NCBI RefSeq assembly: GCF_006345805.1
Contig: NC_042997.1
Location: forward strand, 93,248,001-93,312,000
Length of the DNA: 64,000 nt
Direction: 5' to 3'
Source: Octopus sinensis
Taxonomy: Eukaryota
Both the position numbers and the translations under genes were made by a program. The notes under the pieces were generated by a model. That model did no database searches. It was not told the origin of the DNA and worked only from the letters and a program-made list of their open reading frames with translations. Of this stretch, positions 1-13,189 are shown piece by piece; the first letter of the stretch is position 1, and each line of letters starts with the position of its first letter.

Positions 1-1449
1 CATCACTTTATTTACCTAATAATAGCTTCCCACGAAAACATTTCTCCGTTTTCCTAGAAACTAATTATGTCCTTTGTATGGTAGCTGCTATTAACGTGTA
101 GTTTAATACTTGGGTGTTTCTATGTATTACGATTTCAATTGTCCATGCCTGTAGGACATCGGTAATGTCACTATATTGTTGTTTTTCACTAAGATTACTA
201 AAGAGTGCACTATACTTTTCTGAAGTACATTTTTTGCATTGTTCAATTATTCAGTGACTGTGTCTAGGTGTTTTTATTTGAGATATAGGTCGGAGGGGAA
301 TGCTTTGTTTACGTACTTTTACATTTCTATAGATATGTACAGGAGCAAATTCTAATTCAATGGATGATATTAAGTTCCAAATTGCTTTTGTATTTACAAG
401 TATGACACCTTCATGCCACTTCACTAAGAGATGTTTCGAGTTGAGCAACTACACATACACACACACACATATGTATGTATATCCTTATTCAGTTTTATTT
501 TAAGATTTTGCGCCAATAGAGAAAGGGTCGGTTTCTAACTTAGATCCACGGTTCATTCACAGGAATTTCGACATCAGCAACAGGGTATGTATGTATGTAT
601 GTATGTATGTATGTATGTATGTATGTATGTATGTATCTATGTATGTATGTATGTATGTATGTATAGGTGCAAATTTACATGTTTTGGTTTTATGCACGTC
701 TTCTCATGCATATACTTACATATCTAAACATGCTCATATATATTTGAATTATAAACTTCTGGAAAGTTTTACAGATTTTTATAGTTCCAGTGATGAATTG
801 GATCAGTAGTTTTCGAATTAGCGTTCTCCTTGCAGGTTTTGAAAAGCCTACTTTCTCAAGATTGGTATTTAGGCTGTGTTTTTTACATATCCCGTATGTA
901 TGTATGTATGTATGTATGTATGTATGTATGTATGTATGTATGTATGTGTGCAAGTGTGCATGAATTTATAATAATTATAAATCCTATGTCACTGAGTAGA
1001 GAAAAAACATTTCTCCTATTCTTTTAGTCTGGAAGAATAAAATTATTTCGAAAACTGCTTTATGCTTCTGTATGAAAATAGAACAACTATCATTCTACAA
1101 CACCCAACATTCATGAATTGTGTACAATAAAAGTTTTCAAAAGCTGAACAAATAGCTATAACTGATTTCGTCATTTAAGAATATTTACACCGAATATATA
1201 GTTTCATACATATCTACTTGGCTATTTACAACTATACTGAATGTATTTTCTTCACAATCTACCAATATTATCTATCACTCCCATGATATGCAGATTTGCA
1301 ATTCTCTGTTTTTAACACATACACATATATGCGTACACACACATGTGTGTGAATGTATGTACATATATGGATATATGCATGTATGTATGTATACGCGCGC
1401 GCACACATACATATACATACATACATACATACATACATACATACATACA

Positions 1450-1483
<34 letters not shown>

Positions 1484-1719
1484 CTTACATACATACATAT
1501 ATATACAGGGTACATCAGAAATAACGCCCTTTTTGCATTTAATAACTTTTATAGTGTATAATGTTTATAAAGTAATTTTTTATTGACCACAAATTTATTG
1601 CATTACTTAAAGAAACGAATAATAAACTAATGAAAACTCGCAGAAGTTTTAGGGAATAAAAAAGAAACTCAAATACAAATACAATAATTATAAATCTGTA
1701 GGATTTATAATTATTATAA

Positions 1720-1958
1720 ATACATACATACATACATACATACATACATACATACATACATACACACATACACACACACACACATACATACACACATACA
1801 TACATACATACATACAAAAATGCATACATACATACATACATACATACATACATACATACATACACACATACACACACACACACACATACATACACACATA
1901 CATACATACATACATACATGCATACATACATACATACATACATACATACATACATACA

Positions 1959-1988
<30 letters not shown>
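1720..1988. repeat. (CATA)n/(CA)n compound microsatellite; representative of dozens of (TA)n, (TATG)n, (GATA)n, (CA)n, (AAT)n and (AGT)n tracts
   Basis: Direct reading; these tracts produce the MYVC/YIYI/HTHT pseudo-ORFs. Confidence 0.95.
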
Positions 1989-1990
<2 letters not shown>

Positions 1991-3002
1991 AATGAGTAAC
2001 AAAGATGTACATGTGTCTATTAATTATGGCGGTTTGGAACGACTCTTTTAATACTTTAGTATCTAGATTGATTCAAATATTTACATTGATCGAGTTCCGT
2101 TGGAGATACGAATATGTTAAAGCAGTTGGTTTGTCCTTTGTGTTTGAAATCTATGCAGCTATCAGACGAAAATGGTTTCTTTGCAATGATGTAGTGTTTC
2201 ATTAACCAGTTAAAGGAGTCGCTTGAAACGGCCGTAAGTAATTGACACATGTACATATTTGCTACTCATTTATATTTTATTCACCTACACTGGAATCTGC
2301 TCTTCAGAAGTATTATAGAAAGTATTTTTGCATTTTTTCTCTGAACAACCAAGAGCTGATCTCTTCACTAAATTTGGTCGTGTTTTCTGCATACACTTCT
2401 AGAATATCAAGCGCAAACACTTCTGCACAGCGTTTGATATTCACCTGCTATTATTTGGGGCCCAGCCTTTCGAGTCCTTTTACATGGCTTAGAAAAACTG
2501 AAGGACCGCCACTGCAACAAGTATGTAAATCTGAGAAAGGAATATGTTGAATAAATTCATAATTAAGTAATCCACCTGTATTTTCTTTTACCCAGAGCAA
2601 AGGACTTTTCAGTCCCCACCCCCGTATATACGCTCATGCACACGCCTACACACACATCAGCTCACACATACACATAAACACAAGTGCGCGCGTATCAAGA
2701 TATATCTTTACTGTGCTCCAGCATGACCGCAGTCGAATGACTGAAACAAGTAAAAGAATAAAAGGAGACCATTATAGTAGTGGTAGAAAAAAGTAGAGAA
2801 TTACATTAAGGGTACTCTTATCTGTAGAGATACTCAGCCACTCTCGCGCAAATAATTCAGTCAATAGAATAATTAAATGTTAATTGTCAAACGACGGAGA
2901 TCTACGTTTAAGAGGAAGGCTATTCTTTGGAATGTAGTTATGGTTATTTAGATGCAGAGAGAGAGGGGGGAAGGAGGCGGGAGGGAGACATTTGTAATTG
3001 TT

Positions 3003-3299
3003 TGTTCCTTCTCGAGCCATGCTTGGCTTATAAGGGCCGGTTTCCCGTTTCCCTTGGCGTATAGGTTCCCCACCTGGACGGGACCCCGGTCCGTCGCAGG
3101 TGAGCTGCAAGATGCAGGAGGAAAGAGTGAGAGAAAGTTGTGGCGAAAGAGTCAGCAGAAGTTCGCCATTACCTTCTGCCAAAGCCGCGTGGAGCTTAGG
3201 TGTTTCGCTCATAAACACACACATCGCCCGGTCTGGGATTCGAACCCGCCATCCCTCGACCGCGAGTCCGCTTCTCTAACCACTACGCCATATGCCTCC
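3003..3299 (-). mobile_element. tRNA-derived SINE family C
   Basis: Minus-strand head GGAGGCATATGGCGTAGTGGTTAG...GGGTTCGAATCCC with clear A and B boxes. Confidence 0.85.
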
Positions 3300-3998
3300 A
3301 CAGATATTTGTAATTGTGAGGACATGACTTTGTTCTGGCTTTGAGAGTTTCAGTTGCATGCAATCCATGGCAAATGATGCAACGGAGGAGGATACGTGTG
3401 TTTCTTACAAACGTGCAGTAATTGTTACATAGTGGCGATGAAAGCAGAATGATTTTGAAGGTTCTGATCCAAAGGTTATTGGCTGATGTGAAATTATAAA
3501 AGAGGCTTGAAAATTTCTCACTGACAGAAACACAAATAATGTCTATATATATTTTAAATGTAGATTCTTTTTCTTAAAAAACACATGAAGCTTTTACGTA
3601 AGCATCCTCAAAGGAAAACAACTTCAGTGCAAATATTTTGAGCCATAATTTACAAACTGAATCTTTTCATTATAATCTTTACAAAACACATTTCTTCTGT
3701 AAACCAGTTTGCATGTAACCTAGTTTTTGTTATTCATGAATTATGAAGCCTACTATGCGCGCGCACCACCCACCCACCCACACACACACACACACACAAA
3801 TGCGCGCGCGTACTAACACACGTAAACGTTTGTATCTGTATGTGTATATAAGTCTGTGTGTTATGTATATATACATACATGCATATATATTTGTACACAC
3901 ACTCACACACACACATAAATATATGAATCTATATATAGATAGTAAGGCAGACAGACAGACAGACACACACACACAGATATTTAGATAGATAGAGAGAC

Positions 3999-4098
<100 letters not shown>

Positions 4099-4786
4099 GC
4101 AACTACAGATATGCGACTGTTTATATGTATATATAACATACTTATGCATAAATACATATCGTTGCTATTATGTTAAACTATCGTATCTCCAGCTGCTTCA
4201 GACGCCAAGATATCTCGAATTGCTATGGTATGGGGGAACTATTTTTTCGTTTTCTGAAATAGCAACGTTTTGGACTTACGACACATTTGCATAATAGCAA
4301 CGATGTACATATATAAATATTATACATGGATAATACATATGTATAATACATATATAGAAGCGGGCATTGCTGTGTGGTAAGATGCTTGGGCAAGAGTCCT
4401 CTGCTATAGTAGCACATCATGTAGGATCATCAACGAATTATGTAGGATCCTGGCTAGCATAGTATTCTAATAATTGAAAGGAGATCTGTGAAACGGAGGT
4501 ACTTCGCAACTCCAAGGAAAGATCCAGTAGGCATAATATTAGCCCCCGCAGAAGTGAATGATAATACTAATTTCAAATTTTGGCACAATGCCAGCAATCT
4601 CGGAGGAGAGCTAAGTCGGTTACACCAACCTCAGTATTCAACTGGTACTTATTTTAGCAACCCGAAAGGATGAAAGGCAAAGTCAGCCTCGGCAGAATTT
4701 GAACTCAGAACGTAAAGACGGTGGAAAGGTCGCTAAGCATTTCGCCAGGCGTGCTAACAGTTCCGCCAGCTCGCCGCCCTAGAGTG

Positions 4787-4819
<33 letters not shown>

Positions 4820-5239
4820 TAAATGAGGAAAGCAACATCACGGTCGTAAAAAAAATCGTTCTTTTACGGGAAGATATTGTAATGTTCATTTTACTTATCT
4901 TGTCTTCACTCAAATTTTATTTGCTCCCTACACTCAACACGCAATAATATGAAAATGTAAGGGTATATCTTTTTCCACCTCCGATAAGATTTAACTTTAA
5001 AATGTTTTTAATTATACTAATTAATTTCTAGAGTCTTGAATCGAAACAGCTGTCGGAGATGATGTCCAATTTTGTAATTAATAAATAATTATTAATTTGA
5101 TTATCTCTATTTTATTATTTTTAAAAACAAACATATAAACCCCGATTTATCCAATTACCTTACAGTTGAATATTAAATGTAATATTCAATACTTTTTGTA
5201 ATAGGTAATAAGCCAGTATATTCATTGGATTTTATTATC

Positions 5240-5510
5240 CCTTGTACGTAGTTCTCGAGGAGGTTCAGCTTCACACGCAATGTGACAAGGCTGACCCTTT
5301 AAAATACAAATACAAGAGAAACAGGAAGAAAGAGTGGGAAAAAGTTCTGGCGAAAGAGTACAGCAGGGTTCGCCAGTACCCTCTGTTGGAGCCTCGTAGA
5401 GCTTTAGGTGTTTTTGCTGAATAAATACTCACAACGCCCAGTCTGGGAATCGAAACCGCGATCCTACGACCGCGAGTCTGCTGCTCTTACCACTAGGCCA
5501 TCGCACCTCC
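5240..5510 (-). mobile_element. SINE family C, diverged copy
   Basis: Alignable to 3003-3299. Confidence 0.7.
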
Positions 5511-5977
5511 ACTCACGCGCGCGCGCACATACACACACACATATACATATATATATAAAATGGAACAAAAACGCGATAGAGGAAAATAAATCATTCGGAA
5601 AGATAGACGATACAAAGGCAGACAAGAGAAACAACAATTAGGACTAGGAAAAAGAAAAAAGGACGGGTCTTTCGTGGCCTTCTTTCTTTAGTCAAGTTAC
5701 CAGCTGTCCTTACCGTTTCGAGCAGTTACACTTCAGACAGTTCTATCTGGTTGCCCCCAGAGAAGTCTAAGCTAAGATCATTAGATTTTTGTAAGAAAGC
5801 TAGCGAATGTGTACGGCAACAAAGAAAAAAAAAGGAGAACATGGTACACAATTACAAATACAAACAACAAGAATATAACAACAGGTGTCTTTCGACTGAG
5901 AATGAATGAAATTGAGCTGGCTTGTATGAAGTGAAAGCCTAAACGCAGGAACATAGGAGATGGACATAAGAGGTGTT

Positions 5978-6019
<42 letters not shown>

Positions 6020-6260
6020 CATATATATATATATATAATATATATATATACTATATATATATATATATGTATAATATATATATATATAATATATAGGTAT
6101 AGATATATATATCAGTCATTTTGTCATGTATCTCAGACATATATATATGTATATATATATATATATATATAATATATATGTATATATATATATATATAAT
6201 GTATCTATATATATATATATATGTATATAGATATATATATATATATGTATATACTATATA

Positions 6261-6330
<70 letters not shown>

Positions 6331-6428
6331 TATAATAATAATAATAATAGGGAATATTATTCCGAACTTACAGGCAAAAATTCAATTTAGTAATACTAAA
6401 TCAAATTTCACAATATATAATATATGCA

Positions 6429-6769
6429 TATAAATTAGAGAAGAACCACATGTAGCAATTCAACATTGAAATAACAATGATATAATTAAATCATACCATA
6501 TATAAAAAAACTAAATATACGATAAAACATATAACATATACCAATAATTTAGTAAAGTACAAAATAATAAATAAATAGTAAATAAATAGTATACAATATC
6601 CTATTATATACTGTTTATATACTATTATAGACTATTTATTAATTATTTTGTAATTTACTTAATTATTGGTATGTTTTATCGTATATTTAATTTTTTTCTA
6701 TATGGTATGATTTAATTATATCATTGTTATTTCATTGTTGAATTGCTACATGGTGGTTCTTCTATAATT

Positions 6770-6773
<4 letters not shown>
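6429..6773. repeat. AT-rich foldback (arms about 145 bp) of the Penelope-like family
   Basis: gaagaaccacatgtagcaattcaaca pairs with tgttgaattgctacatggtggttcttc. Confidence 0.8.
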
Positions 6774-6851
<78 letters not shown>

Positions 6852-6911
6852 CATACATACATAACACATATATATATATATATATAATAAATACATACAT
6901 ACATACACACA

Positions 6912-6950
<39 letters not shown>

Positions 6951-7132
6951 TTAGGGAGTATATCCAAACTTACAGGGAAAAATTAGATTTAGGATTAAAT
7001 CAAATTTCACTGTATAAATATAAATTAAATTAGAGATACAACCACTATTAGGCAACTTAAACAGTGATAGACATAAAGCAATATATATATATATATATAA
7101 ATATAATATATATATATATATATATGTGCGTG

Positions 7133-7165
<33 letters not shown>

Positions 7166-7324
7166 ATAATGTAGGTATGTGGTTGTCATTGCGTCAATAT
7201 GAGAAAGCTATGCTTTAGAGAATCATCTATCATAAAAAAAACACGACTAAATTCAGTCATGACTCAGACATATTCGGCTCTTTAATATAATATATTAATT
7301 TGTGTGGGAGTGAGCATGAGAAAC

Positions 7325-7356
<32 letters not shown>

Positions 7357-7443
7357 TGTATGTATGTATGCATGTATGCATGCATGTATGTATGCATGCA
7401 TGTATGCATGCATGTGTGTATGCATGCATGTGTGTATGCATAC

Positions 7444-7498
<55 letters not shown>

Positions 7499-7743
7499 TA
7501 CGTGTGTGTATGTGCGTGTGTATATGTGTGTACGTATGTATGTATTGTCTTTCAAGATAATTTATCAGCGAATTCATCTACAAGCCTACAGTCACCATGG
7601 TGTATGAATATCATATATTTATAATACAATATATATATTGTATATATATGTATTAAATGATATATGCATACGTAGATAAACATATATAGTTTATACAGAC
7701 ATCTTTGCATATACATTGGTTGTATATATATTATATATTTATA

Positions 7744-7920
7744 GGCGAAGGAGTGGCTGTGTGGTAGGTAGCTTGCTTACCAACCACATGGTTCCGGGTT
7801 CAGTCCCACTGCGTGGCACCTTGGGCAAGTGTCTTCTACTATAGCCTCGGGCTGACCAAAGCCTTGTGAGTGGATTTGGCAGACGGCAACCGAAAGAAGC
7901 CTGTCGTTTATATGTATATG

Positions 7921-7952
<32 letters not shown>

Positions 7953-8170
7953 GTGTGTGTGTGTGGTGTGTGTGTGTGTGTTTGTGTGTCTGTGTCTGTC
8001 CCCCAACATCGGTTGACAACGTCTCCGTAACTTAGTGGTTCGGCAAAAGAAACCGATAGAATAAGTACTAGGCTTCCAAAGAATAAGTCCTGGGTTCGAT
8101 TTGCTCGACTAAAGGCGGTGCTCCAGCATGGCCGCAGTCAAATGACTGAAACAAGTAAAAGAGTAAAGAG
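7744..8170 (+). mobile_element. tRNA-derived SINE family A
   Basis: Head ggcgaaggagtggctgtgtggtag...ggttccgggttcagtcc (A/B-box like), internal (GT)n, tail gactgaaacaagtaaaagag. Confidence 0.85.
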
Positions 8171-8526
8171 AAAGTAGAGTATACATACATACATACATAC
8201 ATACATACATACATACACACATACATACATACACACATACATACATACATACATACATACATACATACATACATACATACATACGTACACACACACACAC
8301 ACATTTGTATATTCGCTAATTTAAGCGTGAAAGAGACAGGTTTCTTCTGGAGGCTCGTGAAAGAAGTCGCATAGCGCCGAATCAAACAGCTTTAGATAAT
8401 ACACGTAACTCCTACTAAATATCCTCAGTGCTTTTTTTGTTTCGTTTGTCTACTCATCGTATATATATTATATATATATATTATATATATATATATATAT
8501 ATAATCTATATATATATATATATATA

Positions 8527-8570
<44 letters not shown>

Positions 8571-8593
8571 ATATTATATATATATATATATAT

Positions 8594-8975
8594 GAGTGGC
8601 TGTGTGGTAAGTAGCTTGCTAACCAAATACATGGTTCCGGGTTCAGTCCCACTGCGTGGCATCTTGGGCAAGTGTCTTCTGCTATAGCCCCGGGCCGACC
8701 AATGCCTTGTGAGTGGATTTGGTAGACGGAAACTGAAAGAAGCCTGTCGTATATATGTATATATATATGTATGTATGTGTGTCTGTGTTTGTCCCCCTAG
8801 CATTGCTTGACAACCGATGCTGGTGTGTTTACGTCCCCGTCACTTAGCGGTTCGGCAAACGAGACCGATAGAATAAGTACTGGGCTTACAAAGAATAAGT
8901 CCCGGGGTCGATTTGCTCGACTAAAGGCGGTGCTCCAGCATGGCCGCAGTCAAATGACTGAAACAAGTAAAAAAA
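8594..8975 (+). mobile_element. SINE family A copy
   Basis: Alignable to 7744-8170. Confidence 0.85.
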
Positions 8976-8999
8976 AAGAAAAAAATATATATATAGACA

Positions 9000-9223
9000 C
9001 AATAATCCCTTGACTATGACGGGTGTTACGTTCCAAAACCCTCCGCGATAGGTGAAAATCCGCGATGTAGAAACAGTACTGGACTCTATATTTTTTCTGT
9101 CATTTTTATAATTTGTGTATATTTGTTATATTATAAATGCAAAACAACACCACAGAGGAATCGACATAAGCTTAAATAATAAACCGCGATAGGTGAACCC
9201 CGCAATATGGCGAGGTTTTACTG
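9000..9223. mobile_element. pogo/Tigger-type MITE, second copy
   Basis: Alignable throughout with 48309-48527; ends GGTTTTACTG-TA. Confidence 0.7.
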
Positions 9224-9251
9224 TATGTGTATATATACATACATACATACA

Positions 9252-9287
<36 letters not shown>

Positions 9288-10150
9288 TATTATATTATAT
9301 ATATATATATTATATTAAATTAGAGACAAAACTTAAGCCAATACATATGATTAATTTATATTATTTAAATATATAACAAAATTTAATATAAATTAATCAT
9401 ATGTATTGGCTTAAGTTTTTCATTGTTTGATTTGCCTAATAGTGGTTTTGTTTCTAATTTAATATAATATAATATTTTACTATAAAATTGGATTCAATCC
9501 TAAATCTGATTTTTCCCTGTAAGTTTGGATTTATTCCCTAATATTTATTATTATATATATATATTATATAAGATCCAAGGATAGAGGCGTAGGAAGAAAG
9601 TTAGCTTCAAGTAATCTGTAGTAAATATAAAAAGCAAATTTCAGTGACGATATTGAGATGGAAGGGTCTAGATATTTTCGTATTGAAGTACGATAAACTG
9701 AAAAAAGTTCTTTATATTTCACAGCAGGCGACCAGGTTTGCCGGGTATGCGAATAAGAATACAAAAGTTAAGGAATGGAGTCGATAACATCCGGGCTACA
9801 TATGTTTCATATCGAGAGGAACTTCGGAAGTGGTAAATATCCAAGCGAGGTGTATACTGCAGATTACTCCTCAGGCCAAGAATATCTTGATTAAATGGAA
9901 GTTTACATTCGCAAGGAGGTACATGTTAACATACACACACGCGCGCGCGCGCGCGCAATCAATCATTATGAATACGTACGGCGATCCTTCGATATTAGTT
10001 TACAGAGTGTTAGTATGAAGAGACGACGTCATTCACCTCGTTTCACCAAAACCTCTTTATTTGTCATGAGGGATGGCAGCATGGCTGAATGACGTCATGT
10101 ACCAATACCGAAAGACTTTATTACATAAAGTGTTATAATAGATTTATATA

Positions 10151-10440
10151 GGTGCAGGCATGGCTGTATGGTAAGAAGCTTGCTTCCTATACACGTGGTT
10201 CCGGGTTCAGTTCCACTATGTGGTACTTTGAGCAAGTGTCTTCTACTGTGTTTGACCCACACCACCTCTTGACAACCGGTGTTGGTTATTTATGTTCCTG
10301 TAACTGAGCAGTTCGGCATAAGAAACCAATAAGTACCGAGCATTAGAACAAATTAAAAATAAGAAGAATTGGGGTCGATTTCTTCGACTAAAACTTTAAG
10401 GCGGTGCCTTAGTATGGCTGCATTCTAATGACTGAAACAC
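10151..10440 (+). mobile_element. SINE family A copy, internally deleted
   Basis: Head and tail alignable to 7744-8170. Confidence 0.75.
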
Positions 10441-10445
10441 TCACT

Positions 10446-10481
<36 letters not shown>

Positions 10482-10482
10482 A

Positions 10483-11420
10483 ACTAGCAGTATAGCCCGG
10501 CATTGCTCGGGTTTGTTTTTTAAATTTCTATGAATAAAAGTATAGTGTGGCAATGCTCGAGTTTGCTCTGAATGTGCTGCAAATGTGTAATGCCGACTTC
10601 AATTGTTGCTATTGTTGGTTAATATTCCTTCTATTAACATTACGGAAGAAAAAATTACCCGTAGATTTAAAGCAAAATGAAGCTCAAGTTTCGAACTGCA
10701 CTGAAAATCTATTAAGAAGTTGACACTGCAACAGTATTCATTAAGAAAAAGTACAGGAAAATCCAAAACGTTAGTCAGAACAGTTTGTGGTTACAAAAAA
10801 AAACAAAAATGCCTATTAGGCATTGTCGTGTGAAGCACGTTTAGGCAAAGTGATGTGGCAAAAGTATATCTTAAATGCGAAGAAATTTCAACAAGTAAAA
10901 CATGAAAAGAGGTGATTTTAATTCTAACTACGTCAACATGCACCACATTTTTTAAATTTTACATGTCTCCGTTAGTTAACACCAAAAAATTCATTTAATA
11001 ATTATTGAACAATTATTAAAAAAGAATGTCTCAGTTCGAAATCCATAAAAGAAGGTAAACAGTTCCTGTATAGTACCAAAGATAGATTTTTAGATTTTTA
11101 GTTAAGTTGGGATTTTTAAAAAAATTTAGGTAAAAAACTTACAAAGTGTAACGCTCACAGCAGCTATAATGTTATACAGCATACAAAGGTAGTGCAGTCC
11201 AAATGACTTAGCAAAATGTTCTGTCTTACGCTCTGATGCAATTAGTTTTTCTCACAAAAAATCGATTGAAATTGCTGAATTGTACTCAACGCTGTAGCAG
11301 TTGACGACCTTGAAAATTAGTGCATTCAAGCAGCGAACATTACTCCTCTGCATTGGATCAGCTGATCCATCGTTCGCTCAAAACAAATGACATCACAAAA
11401 AAAATTCTTTTCGACCCTTT
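10483..11420 (+). mobile_element. Non-autonomous Helitron/Helentron-like element; 5' part repeated at 11745-11860
   Basis: Starts AACTAGCAGTATAGCCCGGCATTGCTCGGG (short 5' hairpin after ACTAG, as in such elements). Subterminal palindrome TGGATCAGCTGATCCA near 11355. Confidence 0.45.
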
Positions 11421-11665
11421 TTATATATATGTTACGGAGATGTACTTGCATAGCAAGTGACCTGATCTTAGATCGTGTGCTGGAACGAAAACAATTGCAG
11501 CGTGAAAAGTGTTTATAAGCTATTTAAGAAACACACGAAAACCGTTAGATTCACTTCAACATTTAAATTTAATTTGCCAAAATATTTTCGTCACTTTGAG
11601 ACCGCGAAATGTTCACTGATGCAGTACGGAATTTTGTCTAATGACTGAAACATGCATACACACAC

Positions 11666-11735
<70 letters not shown>

Positions 11736-11946
11736 TATATATAAACTAGCAGTATGGCCCGGCGTTGCTCGGGTTTGTTTTTAATTCCTATGAATAAAAG
11801 TATAGTGTGGCGATGCTCGAGTTTGCTCTGAATGTGCTGCAAATGCGTAATGCCGACTTCAATAAGTCAAAGCGACGAAAATATTTTGGCAAATTAAATT
11901 TAAATGTTGAAGTGAATCTAACGGTTTTTGTGTTAGATTCACTTCT

Positions 11947-12177
11947 TATTTCTTTATTGCCCACAAGGGGCTAAACATAGAGGGGACAAACAAGGACAGA
12001 CAAAGGGATTGAGTCAATTACATCAGCCCCAGTGCGTAACTGGTACTTAATTTATCGACCCCGAAAGGATGAAAGGCAAAGTCGACCTCGGCGGAATTTG
12101 AACTCAGAACGTAACGGCAGACGAAATACGGCTACGCATTTCGCCCGGTGTGCTAACGTTTCTGCCAGCTTGCCGCC
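11947..12177 (-). mobile_element. SINE family B monomer (others at 4575-4778, 18740-18950, 34625-34825, 35100-35320, 52170-52390, all minus strand)
   Basis: Reverse complement of the unit at 13190-13420; core gactttgcctttcatcctttcggggtcgataaattaagtaccag. Confidence 0.85.
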
Positions 12178-12430
12178 TTAGTGTCGTATAATAATGTCAG
12201 ATGAAAGATCAATTTGTAAACGTCTCTAGGGTTATAAGAAACAGCTACATTCTTGGGTCTAGGAATGTTTGCTTTGAACTCCACTTTGGAACTCTACATT
12301 GAATTATCCTCCAGGTCATGTTAGATAGCTTTTTATTATATTTTGCCATATCTTTTATAACATCTGTATACACACACACACACACACACACACACATATT
12401 ATATATACATATATATATATATACATATAC

Positions 12431-12503
<73 letters not shown>

Positions 12504-12516
<13 letters not shown>

Positions 12517-12797
12517 TTCGAGACAAAACCACTATTTTGCAAACTTCATAAATTAAAACAGATTAGGAGATCGAAAATCCACCTGACGAATGTCATTGAA
12601 GACATGAAACGATTGTAGTGGCAGTTTATTTCTTTATATTAAAAATTTTATGTATTGATTAAGTCTTTCCTTGTTTGTTTTGCAAAATAGTGGTTTTGTC
12701 TCGAATTAATATTATATAATATTTTACTATAAAATTGGATTTAATCCTAAATCTGATCTTTCCCTGTAAATTTGGATTTGATCCCTAATATTTATTA
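12504..12797 (+). mobile_element. Penelope-like terminal-repeat relic with 42-bp inverted 5' copy, inserted in (TA)n
   Basis: 12504-12545 is the reverse complement of 12677-12718 and the hammerhead lies between them. Related ends at 6345-6460, 6945-7080, 9311-9545 and 43038-43200. Confidence 0.65.
12579..12621 (+). ncRNA. Minimal type I hammerhead ribozyme motif (Penelope-like)
   Basis: CCAC-CTGACGA-ATGTC(ATTGAA)GACAT-GAAAC-GATT-GTA-GTGG: complete core, stems I, II and III; predicted cleavage after 12617. Confidence 0.85.
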
Positions 12798-12806
12798 TAT
12801 ATATAT

Positions 12807-12875
<69 letters not shown>

Positions 12876-13189
12876 GTATGTATGTATGTATGTATGTATG
12901 TATGTATACAAAGAGAGAGAAAGAGAGAGATAGCAATAATAAGAATAATTCTTTGATAGAATTTATAAATATTCTAATGCATCGCTGCGCGCGTTTCCCT
13001 GAAAAGATGAAGCCATGAAGATGATCTGTCCGATGCGCTCGGATATTACGGACTGCACTGTAGTCGTCCCAGAAACACGGACTGTGATCTTAAGAGACAT
13101 GTGACTTTTGGAAACGTGCGTAACGATACATTAAAATATATATAGATTCCATCCAAGGATTATTGTTATTAATGCTATATTTATCCTAA

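Noticed and set aside
5705-5742. Minus-strand CTGAAGT...GCTCGAAACGGTA hammerhead-like motif
   Set aside because: A9 is altered, stem II does not pair and stem I is out of register.
10089-10106. TGACGTCA plus CCAAT as an ABCA promoter
   Set aside because: Short motifs 15 kb from the first coding exon with no transcript evidence.
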